64,000 bases of DNA from an uncultured Haloferula sp. (GCA_965652295.1 CBFGTS010000003.1:32001-96000), one strand, 5' to 3'. Numbered from the stretch's first letter, positions 1 through 14,657 are shown. Numbers and translations: made by a program. Notes: generated from the letters alone by a model not told the origin.

Positions 1-859
1 GGCGTTCGGCGATTTCCTCCGAGGCATAGGCTTCCTCAAGGGCTTTGGCCTCGGCCACCTTTTCGGCGGCAGTGGCCAGGCGCTGCGCCTCGGCCTCGCG
101 TTCGCGGCGGGCGGCATTGGAATTCGCGATCTGCACCGCGGCTTCGTTCTCGCCCTCGACGGCGTTGGCCTGCGCGGCGGCCACGGAGATCCGCTTTTCA
201 CGATCCGCCTCGGCTGCGCCGATGTCGCCGTCGCGCTCCTGTTGGGAGACCTTGACCTTGGCGTCATTGATCGCCCTTGCGGCGGCCTCGCGACCCAGCG
301 CGTCGATGTAGCCGGACTCATCGGTGATGTCCTGGACGTTGACGTTGATGAGCCGCAGACCGACCTTGCGCAGCTCGACCTCCACGCCGTTCGCGATGTT
401 GGCGATCAGTTTGTCGCGGTCCGCGTTGATCTCCTCGATCGGCATGGTGGCAATGACCACCCGCATCTGACCGAAGATGATGTCTTTCGCGAGTTCCTGG
501 ATCTGCACCATGGTCTGACCGAGGAGGCGCTCGGCGGCATTCTCCATGACGCCCGGCTCGGTGCTGATGCCGACGGTGAAGGTCGATGGCGTGTTGACCC
601 GGATGTTCTGCTGCGAGAGCGCGCCGCGGAGCTGGATATCGATCGGGATCGGCGTCAGGCTCAGATAAGCGTAGTCCTGGATCACCGGCCATACGAAGGA
701 CGCCCCGCCGTGATAACAGCGCGCCGATTTCTGACCGCCGACTTTACCGTAGACCACGAGGATCCGGTCCGACGGGCAGCGGCGGTAGCGGCTGGCGATG
801 AAGAACATCGTCCCGAAAACCAGGACGGCCAGAATGACGATGGGGATGATGATTTCCAT
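1..859 (-). CDS. Flotillin/SPFH (band 7) family membrane protein; 3' end runs off the window
   Basis: Own translation from ATG at 859: MEIIIPIVILAVLVFGTMFFIASRYRRCPSDRILVVYGKVGG...GGASFVWPVIQDY...EEINADRDK...GLRLINVNVQDITDESGYIDALG, then Ala/Glu-rich coiled coil; downstream of an NfeD-like gene. Confidence 0.92.
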   Translation of the reverse strand, partial: MEIIIPIVILAVLVFGTMFFIASRYRRCPSDRILVVYGKVGGQKSARCYHGGASFVWPVIQDYAYLSLTPIPIDIQLRGALSQQNIRVNTPSTFTVGISTEPGVMENAAERLLGQTMVQIQELAKDIIFGQMRVVIATMPIEEINADRDKLIANIANGVEVELRKVGLRLINVNVQDITDESGYIDALGREAAARAINDAKVKVSQQERDGDIGAAEADREKRISVAAAQANAVEGENEAAVQIANSNAARREREAEAQRLATAAEKVAEAKALEEAYASEEIAER

Positions 860-880
860 GACGGAAGCAGGGTGGATGAG

Positions 881-5355
<4,475 letters not shown>

Positions 5356-5449
5356 TCCTGGAGCGCCGACGGTGGAATCGGCACCGCCCGGTCCTTCCCT
5401 GAACTTCCCCCCCGGGGTAAGCAGTTTCACCCTCCACCCATCCCTCTCG

Positions 5450-5484
5450 AACCCGGACCGATTCGTCGGTCCGGGTTTCTTTTT
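5450..5484 (+). terminator. Rho-independent terminator
   Basis: AACCCGGACCGA-TTCG-TCGGTCCGGGTT hairpin followed by TCTTTTT. Confidence 0.85.
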
Positions 5485-5517
5485 GCTCTCATTCCCCAGT
5501 GGAGCTTCACTGCCACC

Positions 5518-6222
5518 GTGCGCCACCTCGTCGTCCTGCTCGGCATCCTGCTTTTTTCCTCCTGCTTCGAGGTTCGCGAAGAGGTTTGGATCCACCGCGA
5601 CGGCTCGGGCCGGTTGGAGATCGACCTCACGGTCCCCGCTCGCGCGATCGCGCTCGCCGGCGGTGAGGCGGAACTGCGCCGCTCGGTGGACGCCTGGTTC
5701 GCCGCTAATCCTCAGGTCGTCTTGGAAAACTTCGCCCTACGTCCCTCGGGGAGTGACGGCGACCGAACGATCTCTCTCGCTGCTTCCGCGCCTTCGCTCC
5801 CGGACCTTGTCGAGCTCCCGGCCGACTCCACCTCCGAGGGAGCCATTCCCAGCGTGGAACATATCGCCGGCACCTTCAACGTGAACGTCTCACCCACAGG
5901 CATCGATTTCCACCGCCGCATCGATCTCGGGGACGCGTTCGGCCTCGCGGCTTTTGCCATCTCGCCCGCTCAGCGACGCGAGCGGAAACTCGAATACACC
6001 GTCCACCTGCCAACCGCATCGACATCCCACAACGCCGACGAGGTTCTCGACGGCGGAAGAACCCTCATTTGGCGACGGAACCTCGGCCAAGCCCTCACGG
6101 GCCCGGTCGAAATGCGTTTCCAGGCTCCCCTGCCCTATCCTGCCGGGGTCCTCGTTGCAGGTGGTCTGCTCCTCGCCATCGCGGGCGTTTTCGTCGTCCG
6201 GCACCTGCGCCGTCGACGCTAG
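5518..6222 (+). CDS. Hypothetical lipoprotein with C-terminal membrane anchor (LppM-like)
   Basis: Lipobox LFSSC; IHRDGSGRL motif; C-terminal TM helix plus RRRR. Confidence 0.6.
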   Translation: MRHLVVLLGILLFSSCFEVREEVWIHRDGSGRLEIDLTVPARAIALAGGEAELRRSVDAWFAANPQVVLENFALRPSGSDGDRTISLAASAPSLPDLVELPADSTSEGAIPSVEHIAGTFNVNVSPTGIDFHRRIDLGDAFGLAAFAISPAQRRERKLEYTVHLPTASTSHNADEVLDGGRTLIWRRNLGQALTGPVEMRFQAPLPYPAGVLVAGGLLLAIAGVFVVRHLRRRR

Positions 6223-7235
6223 TCCGGCACCACGACCACCGTCTCTTCCTCCATCTTGCGAATCTCGCTCATCGCCGCCCGCCCGCCGGTGTGCATGAAA
6301 AGCAGCGCTCCGGGAATCGCCCAAACCAAGGTGAACACAAAGCCCACCAGCGAGGCGACCACCGCCACATCCGGCTCCATGCCCGTGAGGTCCTGCATCA
6401 GGATCTGTAACGATTTCTCGCGCACACCCAGCCCGGCGACCGAGAGCGGCAGCGCGCTGAGCATGTCCACCACCGGCATCGCCGTCAGCACCGGCCCGGC
6501 GTCAACGTCCGAGCCCGCGACCCGCGCACCGCACCAGAAAGTGGCGTAGTAAACCGGCAGCATCACCACCGCAGCGACCAGCGCGGCCAGGCCGTGACGC
6601 CAGCGCTTACGGTAGACGTCGTACACCAACGGAAGCTGTCTCATGAAGGCGATCTTCCAGTGTCGCCCGCGGGCATGGATGCGGTCGTGGATCGGCGGAT
6701 AGGAAACCACGAACATCACCGCCACCATCACCAGCCCGCCGGTGAAGAACATCCACGCGAACCGCAGGATGTTTTTGGTTTCCAGGCTCTGGCTCGCCAA
6801 CGCGTCGAAGCGTCCGGCCGTGAGCGCGAAGAACACCAGAGACATCGCCACCAGGCCCACCAGGTGGTCGAAGAGCACCGTGATCGTCACCGCCAGCTTG
6901 CGCTCGGGGTGATCGCGGATGAGCAGGAAGATCCGCACCGCGTCACCACCGATCCCACCGACCGCGGCGAGATTGAAAAGGTTGCCGATCAGCGTCAGCT
7001 CGACCGCCCTCGCCATGGAAATCCGGATCCCCTGGGCCCGCAGCAGCAGCCACAGCCGCACCGCGGTGAGGACCACGGTCAGGCCCGCCAGCAGCACCCC
7101 GGGCAGCGCCCATTCCCAAGCCATGCCGGCGGGGTTGGTGAAAACCGAGCTGTTCCAATCGACCCCGCTCAGCGCCCACCACAGGCAGGCGGCGGTGAGG
7201 CAGAGTTTGAGAAAGAAAAGGAGCGCCTTCTTCAT
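6219..7235 (-). CDS. Lysylphosphatidylglycerol-synthase-TM / UPF0104 flippase-like membrane protein
   Basis: Multi-TM; R.WLLL, GNLFN...GGIGGDAVR, LPLSVAGLGVRE motifs; start chosen at MKKALLFF (7235). Confidence 0.85.
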   Translation of the reverse strand: MKKALLFFLKLCLTAACLWWALSGVDWNSSVFTNPAGMAWEWALPGVLLAGLTVVLTAVRLWLLLRAQGIRISMARAVELTLIGNLFNLAAVGGIGGDAVRIFLLIRDHPERKLAVTITVLFDHLVGLVAMSLVFFALTAGRFDALASQSLETKNILRFAWMFFTGGLVMVAVMFVVSYPPIHDRIHARGRHWKIAFMRQLPLVYDVYRKRWRHGLAALVAAVVMLPVYYATFWCGARVAGSDVDAGPVLTAMPVVDMLSALPLSVAGLGVREKSLQILMQDLTGMEPDVAVVASLVGFVFTLVWAIPGALLFMHTGGRAAMSEIRKMEEETVVVVPD

Positions 7236-7263
7236 CGCGTCGCTCCCGTCCGGGGCAGGCGGA

Positions 7264-7521
7264 TCACTGGGCCTCGATGGCTTGGGCGATCGTTTCGACG
7301 CTTCGCAGCACCGCCTTCGCCTTCTCCGCATCGCCCACCTTGAGGCCGAAGTGCTTTTCAATGGCCACCACCAGTTGCAGCGCGTCCACCGAATCCAGCC
7401 CCAGACCCTCGGCACCGAAAATCGGCGTCTCGTTTTCGATCTCCGACGGCTCGAAATCCAGCATCAGCTCATCGACCATCACTTCCTTGATCCGGGTCCG
7501 CAGTTCCTCTCCTTGAGCCAT
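7264..7521 (-). CDS. Acyl carrier protein (aryl-polyene/type II PKS-like)
   Basis: IFGAEGLGLDSVDALQLVVAIEKHFG phosphopantetheine-attachment motif; 85 aa acidic protein. Confidence 0.9.
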   Translation of the reverse strand: MAQGEELRTRIKEVMVDELMLDFEPSEIENETPIFGAEGLGLDSVDALQLVVAIEKHFGLKVGDAEKAKAVLRSVETIAQAIEAQ

Positions 7522-7545
7522 GTTTCCAAGAATCAATGTGTTTGG

Positions 7546-8271
7546 TCAGAAGATGCCGCCATCGATCTTCACGGCGGAACCTGTGACGTAGCCCGCATCC
7601 TGACAAGCGAGAAAGAAGACCGCGGCAGCCACCTCCTCGGGCCTGCCGAAGCGCCTCATGGGGATTCCCCGTTTCGCCTGCTTCGCCGCCTCCTCGTCCA
7701 TGTGGGACAGCGCCTCGGTCTCGATGTAGCCGGGCAACAACGCATTCACCGTGATGCCCGCGCGCGCCACCTCCTTCGCCAGCGTTTGCGTCAGCGCCAC
7801 CACGCCGGCCTTGGCCGCGGCGTAGTTCGTCTGTCCGAGCGGCGGCAGGATCGCGCTGAGCGAGGCGATGTTGACGATCCGGCCGAAACGCTGCCGCATC
7901 ATCGCCGGGATCACCGCGCGGCAGCCGTAGAAGACGGAATCGAGATTCGAGGAAACAACGGAGCGCCAAGCCTCGTCGTCCATGGTTGCCAGCAACGCGT
8001 CGCGGTGCATGCCGGCGTTGTTGACCAGCACATCGAGCCGGCCATCGGCCCCGGTGATCGAGGAAACGGCCGCCTCCCAGGCTTCGCGGGAGGTCACTTC
8101 CAGATTCACCAAGCGGCAGCGACCCTCGAACTCCTCCGCCAGCGCGGTGGCGGAACCGCGGTTCGAGCGCACGCCGAGCCACACCCGGGCCTCCGCGTCC
8201 TTTTCGAGGAAATAGCGGCCGATGCCGAGACCAAGCCCGCCATTCCCTCCTGTGATCAGAATGCTTCGCAC
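7546..8271 (-). CDS. fabG: 3-oxoacyl-ACP reductase (SDR)
   Basis: TGGNGGLG, LVNNAG, YAAAK, GQTNY, VKIDGG; next to ACP; start GTG 8271 (ATG 8310 possible). Confidence 0.88.
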   Translation of the reverse strand: MRSILITGGNGGLGLGIGRYFLEKDAEARVWLGVRSNRGSATALAEEFEGRCRLVNLEVTSREAWEAAVSSITGADGRLDVLVNNAGMHRDALLATMDDEAWRSVVSSNLDSVFYGCRAVIPAMMRQRFGRIVNIASLSAILPPLGQTNYAAAKAGVVALTQTLAKEVARAGITVNALLPGYIETEALSHMDEEAAKQAKRGIPMRRFGRPEEVAAAVFFLACQDAGYVTGSAVKIDGGIF

Positions 8272-8363
8272 CTGCCCATCCTCGACACCCGTTTCGTCAT
8301 GGCAACCCATTCTGGAGCCGCGGAAAGGCAGCGGCACGAATGCCGCCGCTCCGAAAGGGACCG

Positions 8364-10640
8364 CTACCGGCCTTGAAGCGTGATGACGGCCGGATCCAAA
8401 CCTTCGGATGACGCAGTCACCCGGATCTCGCCTTCACCGGTGGCCCGGACGATCCCGAAGCAGCGGCCCTGGAAAGCACTCCTTTCCGATGCTTGGAACG
8501 GCTCGTGGCTGGTGATCGATCCGTTGTCCACGGCGATCAGTTCAGCCGGGCCCTCGATCGCGAACTTCACCCGGTTCGAAGCGCGCGGCACCAGCGTGCC
8601 TTCAGCATCGGCGACCTCGATCTCCAGGTGCGCGACCGAGTCGAACCTGCACGGCAGCGTTTCGCGATCGCAACGCGCCACCAGTTTCGCCGGCTCGCCC
8701 GCCGTGCGCAGCGTGTCGCTGGCGACCTCCTCGCCCCCGACCCGCGCCACCGCCCTGAGTTCTCCCTTTTCAAACGGCACCTCCCAGTTCAGCGCGATGT
8801 CCTTCTTGACCTTCTTCGCGCCGAGCGAGCGCCCGTTGAGGAAAAGCTCCACTTCGTCCGCGATGGCATAGATCTCGACGTTCTGCGGGTTCTCATTTTC
8901 CGGCGTCCAGTCCGGGAAAAGCACCTGCTGGCGCTTCCACTCGATCTGCTCGTAGCCCGGATCCGGCGGTGTGGCTTCGGTCCGCCCGAGGCGGCGGAAG
9001 ACCTTCACCATCGGCCCCTCCGACCACCAACTCCTACGCTCCCAGCCTCGCGGCTGCACCCAGCCGGTGCGGTCCAGCAGACCGGCATTGAAGGTCGTGA
9101 TCGGCCAGCTGCTGGCCTCCCCCAGATAATCGATGCCCACCCACAGGAACTGCCCCGCATGCTGTGGGTTGTCGCGGCACTCGAACCACGTGCTGCGCTC
9201 GTGTCCCTGCTCGGTGCCGATGATCTTGCGGTCCTTGTCGGCTTTCCACGCATCGAGCAGCTCGTTGTCTCGGTAGTTCGTGCCGATCACGTCCAGCATG
9301 TCCGCCAGACCGTTGTCGTAGTCGTGGGTCACGTTGGGGCGGAAAAGTGCCTGCGTCACCGGCCGGGTCGGATCGTTCTCGTGGCACACCCGCACCAATC
9401 CCTCGAGCACCCGCTTGGCCAGCGCCTCGTCATGGGTGTCGCGGATCTCGTTGCCCACGCTGTAGAGCACCACGCTCGGGTGGTTGCGATCGCGCCGCAC
9501 GATCGCCGTCAGGTCCTTCTCCCACCACTCCGGGAAATCCTTGTGATAGTCCTGGCGGTTCTTGCCCTTCGTCCAGCAGTCGAAGGCCTCGTCCATGACC
9601 AGGAAACCCAGTCGGTCGCAGAGATCGAGAAAGCCCGGGTCGACCGGGTTGTGCGCGGTCCGGATCGCGTTCACGCCCAGCTCCTTGAGTTTCACCAGCC
9701 GGCGTTTCCACACATCCAAGGGCACCGCGGCACCCACCCCGCCCGCGCAATGATGCAGGCACACGCCCTTGAGCTTGAAGTTCTTCCCGTTGAGCCAGAA
9801 GCCCGTATCGGAGCGGAATTCCGCGGACCGAATGCCAAAAGGCACGCTGACCTCGTCCACCTCGTGGCCGTCGCGCGTCACCTCCACCTTCAAGGTATGA
9901 AGCTCCGGCGTTTCCAGGCTCCACAGCCGCGGATTCGCGACCTCGATCCGCACGACTCCGTCCTTCACCGCACCGCTGCCCAGTTCGGTCCCGTCTGGAG
10001 AAATCACGGTCGCCTTCACCTCCGCCGCCTCGTCCTTCGAAAGTTCCACCGTGGCCTCCACCACCGCTTTGTCCTCCGCGACCTGCGGGGTTTTCACGAA
10101 AACCCCTTCCGGCACGACGTGCAGCCGATCCGCTGATACCAACCGCACCTTGCGATAGATCCCGGAGCCCGCGTACCAGCGCGATGCGGGCTGCGCCGAG
10201 GTGTCCGCCTTCACCGCCAGGACGTTCTTTCCGTCCTTCAGCTTCCCACTGAGGTCGCAGCGGAAACTCACGTAACCATTCGGCCGACCGCCCACCTTCT
10301 CGCCGTTCAGCCAGACCTCGCTGTGGGCCATCACCCCGTCGAACTCGATCCACACCACTCCGTCCTTCGGGCCCTCGATCTCCCGGCGGTACCAAGCCAC
10401 GCCGGTCGGCAGCCATCCGCCCGCGCCACCGGCGGCCGCGTCCTTTTCGAAGCTGCCGCCGATGCTCCAGTCGTGAGGGGTATCGACCACCTGCCAGGCG
10501 TCATCGTCGAACCCCGCCGCCATGGCTCCGTCCGCCTCGCCCTGGAAAAACCGCCAACCCTCGTTCAACGACACCACCTCCCGGGCGGACACCCATCCGC
10601 CCGCCAGCAACAACAACAACCAGCCTTTCATTTCCCGCAT
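8364..10640 (-). CDS. Secreted GH2 glycoside hydrolase (DUF4982-type)
   Basis: Signal peptide; PHDWSI, SRWYAGSGIYR, GVCLHH, NAIRTAHNP, RDRNHPSVVLYSVGNE, WVGIDYLGE, AVDNG. Confidence 0.92.
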   Translation of the reverse strand: MREMKGWLLLLLAGGWVSAREVVSLNEGWRFFQGEADGAMAAGFDDDAWQVVDTPHDWSIGGSFEKDAAAGGAGGWLPTGVAWYRREIEGPKDGVVWIEFDGVMAHSEVWLNGEKVGGRPNGYVSFRCDLSGKLKDGKNVLAVKADTSAQPASRWYAGSGIYRKVRLVSADRLHVVPEGVFVKTPQVAEDKAVVEATVELSKDEAAEVKATVISPDGTELGSGAVKDGVVRIEVANPRLWSLETPELHTLKVEVTRDGHEVDEVSVPFGIRSAEFRSDTGFWLNGKNFKLKGVCLHHCAGGVGAAVPLDVWKRRLVKLKELGVNAIRTAHNPVDPGFLDLCDRLGFLVMDEAFDCWTKGKNRQDYHKDFPEWWEKDLTAIVRRDRNHPSVVLYSVGNEIRDTHDEALAKRVLEGLVRVCHENDPTRPVTQALFRPNVTHDYDNGLADMLDVIGTNYRDNELLDAWKADKDRKIIGTEQGHERSTWFECRDNPQHAGQFLWVGIDYLGEASSWPITTFNAGLLDRTGWVQPRGWERRSWWSEGPMVKVFRRLGRTEATPPDPGYEQIEWKRQQVLFPDWTPENENPQNVEIYAIADEVELFLNGRSLGAKKVKKDIALNWEVPFEKGELRAVARVGGEEVASDTLRTAGEPAKLVARCDRETLPCRFDSVAHLEIEVADAEGTLVPRASNRVKFAIEGPAELIAVDNGSITSHEPFQASERSAFQGRCFGIVRATGEGEIRVTASSEGLDPAVITLQGR

Positions 10641-10747
10641 TGGAGCCCGCCCCGCCCCCCGAAGCAACTTCCCCCATCGGGGGATGCAGGCGTTTTCCCG
10701 CGCATTTCCCGCTTGGCAGCTTTGCGCCGCGTCCCGGAGGCTGCGGC

Positions 10748-11320
10748 ATGTTCATCGTCCTCGAAGGCATCGACGGCACCGGAAAATCCACCCAGACCCA
10801 GTTGCTCGCCGACTGGTTCGCCGAGCAGGGCAGAGAGGTCGTTACCAGCCGCGAGCCGACCGATGGTCCGTGGGGGCGAAAACTCCGCGAATCCGCCGCC
10901 ACCGGGCGACTCACCGTGGAGGAGGAACTCGATCTTTTTCTCCGCGACCGCCGCCAGCACCTCGAGGAACTCATCTCTCCCGCGCTCAATTCGGGGAAGG
11001 TGGTCATCCTCGACCGCTACTATTTCTCCACCATGGCCTACCAGGGTGCGCGCGGGTTGGACATCGCCGGGATCCGGGAAAAGAACGAAGCCTTCGCGCC
11101 CTTTCCCGACCATCTCTTCATCCTCGATCTCGACGTGGATCTCGCGCTGCAACGCATCGGTGCCCGCGGCGACATCGCGAACGAGTTCGAGAAACGCGAC
11201 GCCCTCGCCAAATGTCGTGAGATCTTCCTCACCCTGACGACCGAGCCCTTCGCCCATCTCATCGATGCCAGCGTCCCGTTGGAAATGGTCCAACAGCAGA
11301 TGCGCGCGGTGTTGACCTGA
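10748..11320 (+). CDS. tmk: Thymidylate (dTMP) kinase
   Basis: FIVLEGIDGTGKSTQ P-loop, REP, DRYYFSTMAYQG. Confidence 0.95.
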   Translation: MFIVLEGIDGTGKSTQTQLLADWFAEQGREVVTSREPTDGPWGRKLRESAATGRLTVEEELDLFLRDRRQHLEELISPALNSGKVVILDRYYFSTMAYQGARGLDIAGIREKNEAFAPFPDHLFILDLDVDLALQRIGARGDIANEFEKRDALAKCREIFLTLTTEPFAHLIDASVPLEMVQQQMRAVLT

Positions 11321-11371
11321 TCCCGTGCCCACGGGTAGCTGCCTCACTGGATCTCCAAGACGCGACCTCCC

Positions 11372-11462
11372 GGACGCCGGAGGCGTCCCATCCGGGTAGC
11401 CGGTGGTCGCAGACCACCGGATCCACGACGGAAGAAGAACCGCACCCCGCAGGGGTGCCATG
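11372..11462 (+). repeat. Left REP-like multi-hairpin element (inverted copy at 11969-12060)
   Basis: Three hairpins: GGACGCC-GGA-GGCGTCC, GTAG+CCGGTGGTC-GCA-GACCACCGG, GCACCCC-GCA-GGGGTGC. Confidence 0.85.
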
Positions 11463-11512
11463 CAAGTGGCTCGCCCAACACTCGCCTTTCCGCTTTTGTG
11501 AAGGAGCTTGCC

Positions 11513-11956
11513 ATGCCCTCGACCTATACCTCCCTCCACTATCACATCACCTTCTCCACGAAACATCGCGAACCCTCGATCGCCAAAGCTTGGAGAGACG
11601 AGCTTCATCGCTACCTCCACGGCACGGCCGAAGGACTCGGGGCGTTTCCCCGGCTCATCGGCGGAGTGGCCGACCATGTCCATCTCTTGATTTCGCTGAG
11701 GCCGAATACCTGCCTTTCTGATTTCATGCGTGAGCTGAAAAAAGCATCCACCGCTTGGGTCATGGAAAATCGCCTTCCCGCCTTCCGCTGGCAGGAGGGC
11801 TATGCCGCCTTCACCGTGAGCCCCTCGGCACGGATCGAAGTGGAGAAATACATTTCGCGCCAGGAGGAGCATCACCGAAAACGAACCTTCCGGGATGAGT
11901 TGCTGGAGTTCCTCGAAAAATCGGGAGTGTCGTACGACGAGCGCTACCTCGATTAA
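11513..11956 (+). mobile_element. tnpA: IS200/IS605-family (Y1 HUH) transposase, REP-associated (TnpA-REP-like)
   Basis: YHITFSTKHR, DHVHLL (HUH), WQEGY, YISRQ (catalytic YxxxQ); AAGGAG RBS; flanked by inverted REP-like elements; no tnpB. Confidence 0.9.
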
Positions 11957-11968
11957 CCCGGCTCCCTC

Positions 11969-12060
11969 CATGGCACCCCTCCGGGGTGCACTCCCTTCGC
12001 GAGACCCGGATCCGGTGGTCTTCGACCACCGGCTACCTGCGTGGGACGCCGGCGGCGTCC
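11969..12060 (-). repeat. Right REP-like multi-hairpin element
   Basis: Reverse complement of 11372-11462 with conserved stems, varied loops/spacers, and GTAG preceding the central palindrome on the minus strand. Confidence 0.85.
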
Positions 12061-12087
12061 ATGGGAAACCCGAACCTCTCCCGCGCT

Positions 12088-14523
12088 CTATTTCACATAC
12101 ACCTCACGCGCCTTGGCTCCATCTCCCGGGCCGACGATGCCGCGTTGCTCGAGGATATCCACCATTCGTGCGGCCCGGGTGTAGCCGAGGCGCAGACGAC
12201 GCTGGAGCAGGCTGGTGCTGCATTTCTGCTCCTGCCTCACCACGTCGATGCACTTGATGATCATGTCCTCGTCCGCGTCGGAAATGTCTTCGTCGCCATC
12301 CATGCCCCCGGCGTTCTCGATCGATTGCTGGATGTCCTCGGCGAAGTTCGGTTCCGCCTGCCCGGAGCAGTGCATGACCAGCCTTTCCACCTCCTCATCG
12401 GAAACGAAGGCTCCTTGGGCGCGCTCCAACTTCGCCGATCCAGGCGGGAGATAAAGCATGTCGCCCTTGCCGACGAGTTTCTCGGCACCCTTGGTATCGA
12501 GGATGACCCGCGAATCGAGCTGCGAGGAAACCTGGAATGCGACCCGGCACGGGATGTTCGCCTTGATGATCCCCGTCACGACGTCCGCCCGCGGCGTCTG
12601 CGTGGCGATGATCAGATGAATCCCCGCCGCCCGCGCCTTCTGCGCGATCCGGGCGATGTTCATCTCGACCTCCGCCGGCGCGGTCTGCATCAGGTCGGCC
12701 AGCTCATCGACGATCACCACGATGTAGGGATACCGGTCGGGAATCTCGTCATCCTCTGGAATCAGCTCGTCCTCGTCCGCCTCCGGACCCAATTCGCCGC
12801 TTTCCAGTGCGGCGGCGATCGACTCGATCTCCTCCTGGTCGACTTCCTCGTCCTCCTCAGCAGGAACCGGCTCGGGTACGACGGGCTTTTCCTCCCGCAC
12901 GCGGCTGTTGAATCCATCGAAGTTCCGGACGCCGCACTTCGCGAACACGCGGTAGCGCTTCTCCATCTCGTTGACCACCCACTTGAGCGCGGCCACGACC
13001 TTCTTCGGGTCGGTCACCACCGGCACCACGAGGTGCGGCAGTTTGTTGTACATCTGCATCTCGACCACTTTCGGATCGACCATGATGAAGCGCAGCTCGT
13101 CGGGCCCGAACTTGAACAGCATCGAGGCGATGATCGAGTTGATGCACACCGACTTTCCCGATCCGGTCGCGCCCGCAACGAGCAGGTGGGGCATGGCGGC
13201 GAGGTCGCCGATGACCGTCTTGCCGTAGACGTCCTTGCCGAGGGCGAGCGGGATCTTCTTCTTCGCCGAACGGAACTCCTGGTCCTGAAGGAGTTCGCGC
13301 AGAGGCACCGCGACTTTGTTCGAGTTCGCAAGTTCGATCCCCACGGTGTCCTTGCCGGGAATCGGTGCCAGGATGTTGATCCGCTCGGCTTTGGTCGCGC
13401 GGGCAATATCGGCCTCGAGTTGGGAGATTCGTGAAACCCGCAACCCGACGCTCGGGTAGATCTCGTAGCGGGTGATCGTGGGGCCGCGGGTGATGTCGCC
13501 CGGCGTGGTCTCGATGCCGAAAGAACGCAAGGTATCGACGATCGTCTTCTGGACCTGAAGCAACTCGTCGCGGTTCGCCTCGGTCGAATCCTCGACTTCC
13601 TCCACCACATCCAACAGATCGAACCCGGGCAGGTCGTAGTCCTCGAACCCGACCGTTTGCAGTGAGGTGTGGCCTTTTTTGCGGTCGAAAGGTTTGTCGC
13701 CCGGCTTCGGCGGCTCGATCCGGCGCTGCGAAGCGTCGATGATCTGCGGCGGGGGGATTTCGCGCAGCGCCAGTTCCGTCTGCGGAGCCTCCTCCGACGC
13801 CGGCTTCGCGGGGCCCGGCTGCCGGCGCTCCTGGCGCCGCTTTTCCTTCTCCCGCTCGCGCTCCGACTTGAGACGGAACTCCTTTTCACCCCGTTCCCGA
13901 CGCTCCGCGAGCATCTCGGAGACCTTGCCAACACCCTCGGCTGAAAGCGCCGCGGTGCCGCGGATGAAACGCAACGGCCGCTGACCCACGACGAGGATCA
14001 GCGCGATCAGATAAACCAGCGCGGCGATGATCACCGTGCCGGTTTTGCCGACGATCGGGCGCATGAGCTGGTCGGAAACCAAACGTCCCAGCACCCCGCC
14101 ATCGCCCGGTAATTCGCCCGGTTCCGACCATCCGGCATGAAGGAAAACCGCGCCGCTGAGGATCATCACCACAAAGCCGATGCCCGTCCGCGGCCACAAC
14201 CGCCCGTTGAAAACCAGCTTGATGACGCCGAACCAGATCAGCGCCACCGGAATCAGGAAGCCCGCCTTCCCCATCAGGAACGCGTGGGCCAGCCCGAACA
14301 CCGTGCCCAGCGGGCCGATGAAATTGCCGCGCGGCTTCTGTGCCTCCGCCTGGGTGGCGAGCGTATCGCCCATGCCCCATACCGGCAGATCCTCGTGGGA
14401 AAACGAAACCACCGAAAGGAACAACACCAATCCCACTCCGATCAGCGCGATGCCAATCAGCTCATTCGACCATTTGGGAGCATCCGGTGCCTCGCCCCGC
14501 TTGCGGTTGTCTTTTTTCGCCAT
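12088..14523 (-). CDS. ftsK: DNA translocase FtsK/SpoIIIE
   Basis: N-terminal TM domain, PHLLVAGATGSGKS, VDPKVVE, VDELADLM, RAAGIHLIIATQ, gamma domain STSLLQRRLRLGYTRAAR. Confidence 0.96.
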   Translation of the reverse strand: MAKKDNRKRGEAPDAPKWSNELIGIALIGVGLVLFLSVVSFSHEDLPVWGMGDTLATQAEAQKPRGNFIGPLGTVFGLAHAFLMGKAGFLIPVALIWFGVIKLVFNGRLWPRTGIGFVVMILSGAVFLHAGWSEPGELPGDGGVLGRLVSDQLMRPIVGKTGTVIIAALVYLIALILVVGQRPLRFIRGTAALSAEGVGKVSEMLAERRERGEKEFRLKSEREREKEKRRQERRQPGPAKPASEEAPQTELALREIPPPQIIDASQRRIEPPKPGDKPFDRKKGHTSLQTVGFEDYDLPGFDLLDVVEEVEDSTEANRDELLQVQKTIVDTLRSFGIETTPGDITRGPTITRYEIYPSVGLRVSRISQLEADIARATKAERINILAPIPGKDTVGIELANSNKVAVPLRELLQDQEFRSAKKKIPLALGKDVYGKTVIGDLAAMPHLLVAGATGSGKSVCINSIIASMLFKFGPDELRFIMVDPKVVEMQMYNKLPHLVVPVVTDPKKVVAALKWVVNEMEKRYRVFAKCGVRNFDGFNSRVREEKPVVPEPVPAEEDEEVDQEEIESIAAALESGELGPEADEDELIPEDDEIPDRYPYIVVIVDELADLMQTAPAEVEMNIARIAQKARAAGIHLIIATQTPRADVVTGIIKANIPCRVAFQVSSQLDSRVILDTKGAEKLVGKGDMLYLPPGSAKLERAQGAFVSDEEVERLVMHCSGQAEPNFAEDIQQSIENAGGMDGDEDISDADEDMIIKCIDVVRQEQKCSTSLLQRRLRLGYTRAARMVDILEQRGIVGPGDGAKAREVYVK

Positions 14524-14657
14524 CCGTGCCGGCTCCAGCATCCCCCGCCCGATCCCGCCCCGCAAGATTGTTTTCCCCGGCCGGAAAATCAGGAAAACTT
14601 AGACAACAGACCGAATTTCCCCTTTCTCCCCCGGCCCCCGCGGGGCACTTTCCGGCC

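Noticed and set aside
5356..5449. C-rich stretch before the GH2 terminator as another C-loop RNA
   Set aside because: Lacks the ACGCTGTCTT core and upstream box; consistent with a plain 3' UTR
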